Positions 45,701 to 48,548 of a stretch of DNA of 48,548 nt are shown here, piece by piece. Below the pieces are notes generated by a model that ran no database searches, was not told the origin of the DNA, and saw nothing but the letters and a program-made list of their open reading frames with translations. Position numbers and translations under genes: made by a program. This DNA comes from Chloroflexota bacterium (GTDB lineage Bacteria; Chloroflexota; Anaerolineae; Aggregatilineales; J027), in the NCBI GenBank assembly GCA_003697365.1, contig RFGP01000077.1:1-48548 (forward strand), given 5' to 3'. The first letter of the stretch is position 1. Every line of letters starts with the position of its first letter.

Positions 45701-46663
45701 ACCCCCAGTATCGCGGAATACAATGCGGAAGTAGTACGTTCCTGCAGATGGAGGAGTATAGTCAAAGGATGCCCCAGCAATATCTTCTTGATAATTATAA
45801 CTCCAGCGATCTAGCAACTTTGTCCATGTGGAGCCATTCGGGCTGACATAGATGCGAACACCGTCATCTTTTTGGTAGTTGATGGTATACGTTGTTGCTT
45901 CCAGTGCAACTGTTCCTGAATAACGCGCACAGAAATTGTCACTAGGTAGGCTCGGATGCGCTTTATCGTTATCTGTTTGCCAGTAATCATCGGGATAACT
46001 GGCATCTGGAAACTTAATACGCGGCACTGAAATTGTAGCAATCGGCGGATTTGCAATATTACCATTGCTACTATTGAAGAAGTTTCCCCAATTACAACCA
46101 TTACCAGATGAATTTGTCCAGTTAATATCCCAATATTCTGCCGTCCATGGGCCGCTCATCCAAAATTCATCTGCTATATCCACATGGAAAGTATCAGGAT
46201 CAGAACCATCATCCGCGAAGGGATAAGTGTATTCTGTGTCTGGTGGTGTTGGGCTGGGTCCGAAAGTCGCCGTTGTCGTAGGTGTCGGTGTATCAGACGG
46301 CGTTGATGTATTGCTCGGTGTGGGCGATGGCCCAGCGGTGTTCGTAGCGGTTGGTAGGGGAGTTGCCGGCAGCGGCGTATTGGTCTGCAAATCTGGCGAT
46401 TCAGGTGTATAAGAGGCGACTGCCGTTACAATATCCCAAAACTCGGTTGGATCGAGAGGTTCTTGAGGGGTGGTCGTTTGACCTAAAAGATTATAAACAG
46501 TATTGCTAAATACGTTGCCAACCGCTGGTGCAAGAATCACTAAGATGGCTATCAAGCCAATTACACCCAATACAAGGATGAGGACATATTCAACTAATGC
46601 TTGCCCTTGTAGGTGTTCATTATGTGATCGCAACATGCGGTTTGTTGGTACTTTTCTTTTCAT
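42722..46663 (-). CDS. Flp/Tad-type prepilin fused to PA14 and repeated jelly-roll (MAM/InhA-like) domains
   Basis: G|QALVEYVLILVLGVIGLIAIL..PAVGNVFSN; T/P linker; two DDGVR PA14 motifs; five repeats ending in GWxIDD-like motifs; ATG at 46663 after AAAGGA. Confidence 0.85.
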   Translation of the reverse strand: MKRKVPTNRMLRSHNEHLQGQALVEYVLILVLGVIGLIAILVILAPAVGNVFSNTVYNLLGQTTTPQEPLDPTEFWDIVTAVASYTPESPDLQTNTPLPATPLPTATNTAGPSPTPSNTSTPSDTPTPTTTATFGPSPTPPDTEYTYPFADDGSDPDTFHVDIADEFWMSGPWTAEYWDINWTNSSGNGCNWGNFFNSSNGNIANPPIATISVPRIKFPDASYPDDYWQTDNDKAHPSLPSDNFCARYSGTVALEATTYTINYQKDDGVRIYVSPNGSTWTKLLDRWSYNYQEDIAGASFDYTPPSAGTYYFRIVFRDTGGAGRLTVTMNKSTENTTPACNWELDSGTGNTSPPSWHDSVGRYYFRNQECVMRLRGTVDLTGAVEPYLEFYDRYDINSFDKALVAIAIEGTDDWKFLTVHDGPVTNWTFTRQRIDLARFADDLGGLTDFRGNRIELRFIMRSDNSNERDGWWIDDISIREIPETPYYLGFQDPVDTADHWIPEGTWTVSNARARSGTAWDDSPGSNYQNNTNTSIRLNGRLDLSSSSPVPVTAPEVVFWQYVDLDPVDRIYVEISTDKINWSPLETRSIFGYQPPGPMATGDIAVESWTQAVATIPASYIGQSRVYIRFRLETDGSNTDQGWVIDDIEFRNKPTVTAGVGDCDTFDGGTANWVLNGNWGLTSSIVRDGAFALTDSPSGYYARNSNYTAEFVPYLEIDSMTRPVVTFYHQWDIREGDDSDDELVVEISPDDGFSWTKVFSFIDNDNNFAGQNKLDPYPYWDVSIPQYDERLDEVQSWMREVIDLTPYIGTTAPGVPGLKIRFRLFANGSVEEDGWYIDTFCFLDMPEPLITLPFADDMEAGTFNWYTSGKWQITSSTAHSGTYSWEDTPGNMQVDETGIIELRPTVNLTGAIDPALYYWTKYNISRNRLHWEVEIALADAAGRLLSDWTAVPSTQLENVRNDGWHRMEVDLRPYIGQNIRVRWQAQSLNNRGRDGAYLDDVQIISRTEEATYIPPYNEDIEALNPGEFVLEHEWDVVTEYRSFGSGPSLGPGQWDVEWYDNGRGCSGSAYIDFGSQVGTSTLDEINFTWSDGTPSSNGITVDNRWGAVFIRNFYIPAATTYQFSGLSDDGVRVWVYPTGTLPDLSNPTYEHRWFNCGVSESFTSPPINFPAGNVTVMVHFIHNKGSSDFIFNIEGESKMFTDSPSGNYDRRTESVVELEGLVNIPASSNYTLYWDQRYDLGNNHRINLDVSTDGGFTWTTIYQRTSGTDLNWETMTADLTPYAGNLVTFRFRLDALTSDGPREGWWIDNIRIIE

Positions 46664-46839
46664 CAACCGCTATCCTTTATCTCAAAATTCGTTTATTTTC
46701 GGAATGAGGTCTCGAAAATCTATACTAATGTTACCTGACCCCTGCTAAAATTTGAGCCATAAATTTGTCGGCATTTGTAGGAACTCTTTTACAAAAGCCG
46801 TTTTGCTAAGATTTCTGAACAAATTGGGGACAATATATT

Positions 46840-47712
46840 ATGCCTATTTTAGATGGAAAAGCTATCGCTGAGCAAATGCGACAACAAATCGCTGCTGATG
46901 TGGAGGCGTTAGTACAAAAAACGGGCGTTCGTCCGGGATTAGCAGCTGTATTGGTGGGAGATAATCCAGCATCTCAAACCTATGTACGGATGAAACAACG
47001 TGCTTGTGAAGCGGTTGGTATTCATTCTGTGTTGCACGAAATCCCCGCCGATGTGGATCAAGCCACTTTAGAATCTTTGATACAAAAATTAAACGCCGAT
47101 CAAACAATTCATGGTATCTTAGTGCAATTACCTCTACCCAAGCATCTAGATGAACAGCGCATACTTGATCTGGTTCGCATTGAAAAAGATGTTGATGGCT
47201 TTCATCCACTGAACATGGGACATTTGGCGATGAAAGGGCGCGAACCTTTATTTATGCCCGCCACACCCGCTGGCTGTATGGTGTTACTTGAAAAAGCAGG
47301 TGTGAAATTTTCAGGTGCTAATGCCGTAGTGATTGGACGAAGTAATATTGTAGGATTACCCGCTGCTCTAATGCTTCTTAAACGCGATGCAACCGTAACG
47401 ATTGTGCATAGCCGCACGCCTGAGCCGTCATCTATTGTTCGCCAAGCTGATATAGTGATCGCTGCTGCAGGACGTGCAGCAATGGTTAAGGCAGATTGGA
47501 TTAAGCACGGTGCTGTAGTCATTGATGTAGGAACAAACCGCGTTGATGATCCAACTGCGAAACGTGGGTATCGCTTGGTTGGAGATGTTGATTTTGAAGC
47601 TGTGAAAGACAAAGCATTGATTACACCTGTACCCGGTGGTGTGGGCCCTATGACGATAACAATGTTGTTGAGTAATACACTCAAAGCAGCGCAATATAGC
47701 GTGGCTCGATAG
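46840..47712 (+). CDS. folD: methylenetetrahydrofolate dehydrogenase/cyclohydrolase
   Basis: ILDGKAIA, YVRMK, GILVQLPLP, KDVDGFHP, VIGRSNIVG, ITPVPGGVGPMT. Confidence 0.97.
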   Translation: MPILDGKAIAEQMRQQIAADVEALVQKTGVRPGLAAVLVGDNPASQTYVRMKQRACEAVGIHSVLHEIPADVDQATLESLIQKLNADQTIHGILVQLPLPKHLDEQRILDLVRIEKDVDGFHPLNMGHLAMKGREPLFMPATPAGCMVLLEKAGVKFSGANAVVIGRSNIVGLPAALMLLKRDATVTIVHSRTPEPSSIVRQADIVIAAAGRAAMVKADWIKHGAVVIDVGTNRVDDPTAKRGYRLVGDVDFEAVKDKALITPVPGGVGPMTITMLLSNTLKAAQYSVAR

Positions 47713-47794
47713 GGGGTGTGCTTTCTATACTTCCGTTTATATCACCGTATTTGGGCGTATTATCGTCCGCACGCCAGAAGGGCATGAAGCCATT

Positions 47795-48481
47795 ATGAAG
47801 CGTGCGCTTGAGATGTTAGAACAAGAGGGGATTCTGCTACCCTCATCGGTTGATGCTACATGGCTCACGTTGGGGAATGTCCGCACAGATATGCCAAATA
47901 TTGGCGTTGATAGACGCGCTACATGGCTAGAGGTTGCAAAGCTAGTGCTTGCGGGGATGGGATGTCCTCCTCAACATCATCCTTTTCATGCGATGCGCTG
48001 TCGCCAACAAACTGTGGCACAAGCCTATGCATTGATGCGAGAGCGATTAATATATTGTTTTTCACGTGGTTGTGATGCTCATCTAAGTTGGCAAGAACGA
48101 GCACTAGCTTTTGGCAGCGGTCTTCATACTCTTCAAGACAGTTATTGTATTGGGCATTGCTCACGCATTGATAATGGTGATCCACATTCCCCAATTGTAG
48201 ATATGCATACTTACCCTAGTCGTCAGCATCCAATTACTACTAAGCGAGATGCTGTTTGGGCTGATGAACAACAGACCGCATTTCGTGCTGACGCAGCGGC
48301 AGCAATTACAGCAACCGTTGCTGCACTAAAAATTTTTGTGGCACAAAAGGCAACATTGATAGAGCCTTTTTTGTCGCAATATGTCTCGATAAGGGCAGAT
48401 ATTGCTGAACATTTATCGATAATCGCGCCCAAAGCCCCTTGCTTTAGCGATGGGGATGTAGGGCGCTTGCTTATGGTATAA
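47795..48481 (+). CDS. hypothetical protein, possible Zn-dependent phospholipase C/P1 nuclease-like fold
   Basis: GNVRTD, FHAM, FGSGLHTLQDSY..H; His/Asp spacing resembles the PLC/P1/Het-C group. The true start may lie upstream. Confidence 0.55.
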   Translation: MKRALEMLEQEGILLPSSVDATWLTLGNVRTDMPNIGVDRRATWLEVAKLVLAGMGCPPQHHPFHAMRCRQQTVAQAYALMRERLIYCFSRGCDAHLSWQERALAFGSGLHTLQDSYCIGHCSRIDNGDPHSPIVDMHTYPSRQHPITTKRDAVWADEQQTAFRADAAAAITATVAALKIFVAQKATLIEPFLSQYVSIRADIAEHLSIIAPKAPCFSDGDVGRLLMV

Positions 48482-48482
48482 T
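48474..48482 (+). promoter_or_regulatory. extended -10 promoter element for a gene beyond the window
   Basis: Perfect TGnTATAAT (TGGTATAAT) overlapping the stop codon of the last ORF. Confidence 0.45.
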
Positions 48483-48548
48483 ACAACCTAAGCGCATTGC
48501 TGATAAGCGCAAGGACTATTTCTTCAAGCTGGCACATCAACTCTGTGA

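Noticed and set aside
1-48548. CRISPR array, IS element, prophage or rRNA
   Set aside because: No regularly spaced repeats, transposase, integrase or phage genes, or rRNA-like stretches were seen; nearly all sequence is accounted for by CDSs.

Overview
Gene-dense chromosomal window with no integrase, transposase, prophage or CRISPR array seen. The many Thr/Pro-stalked SH3/PA14 surface proteins, a LppX/LprAFG lipoprotein and a T-box suggest Chloroflexota (probably Anaerolineae); this is inference. Housekeeping content: rpe, type-2 ileS, an RpoD-like sigma factor, a DHH-CBS tRNA nucleotidyltransferase, menA, psuG, tRNA-Val(GAC), deoC plus a double-length ALDH, and folD. The most unusual elements are: (1) a threonine-synthase-like PLP enzyme fused to two intact receiver domains, followed by a stand-alone receiver; (2) a three-gene operon with a membrane-spanning atypical kinase, a soluble paralogous kinase and a TPR-TM-SH3 protein; (3) a 279-aa protein that aligns by eye to the DnaN beta clamp but with about two domains instead of three; (4) an Ile (AUC) T-box separated from ileS by five unrelated genes; (5) a Flp-type prepilin fused to about 1200 aa of PA14/jelly-roll repeats; (6) an lprG-Rv1410c-like lipoprotein-MFS pair coupled to an acyl-CoA ligase-like gene. 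All protein calls are by-eye motif recognition; no searches were run.
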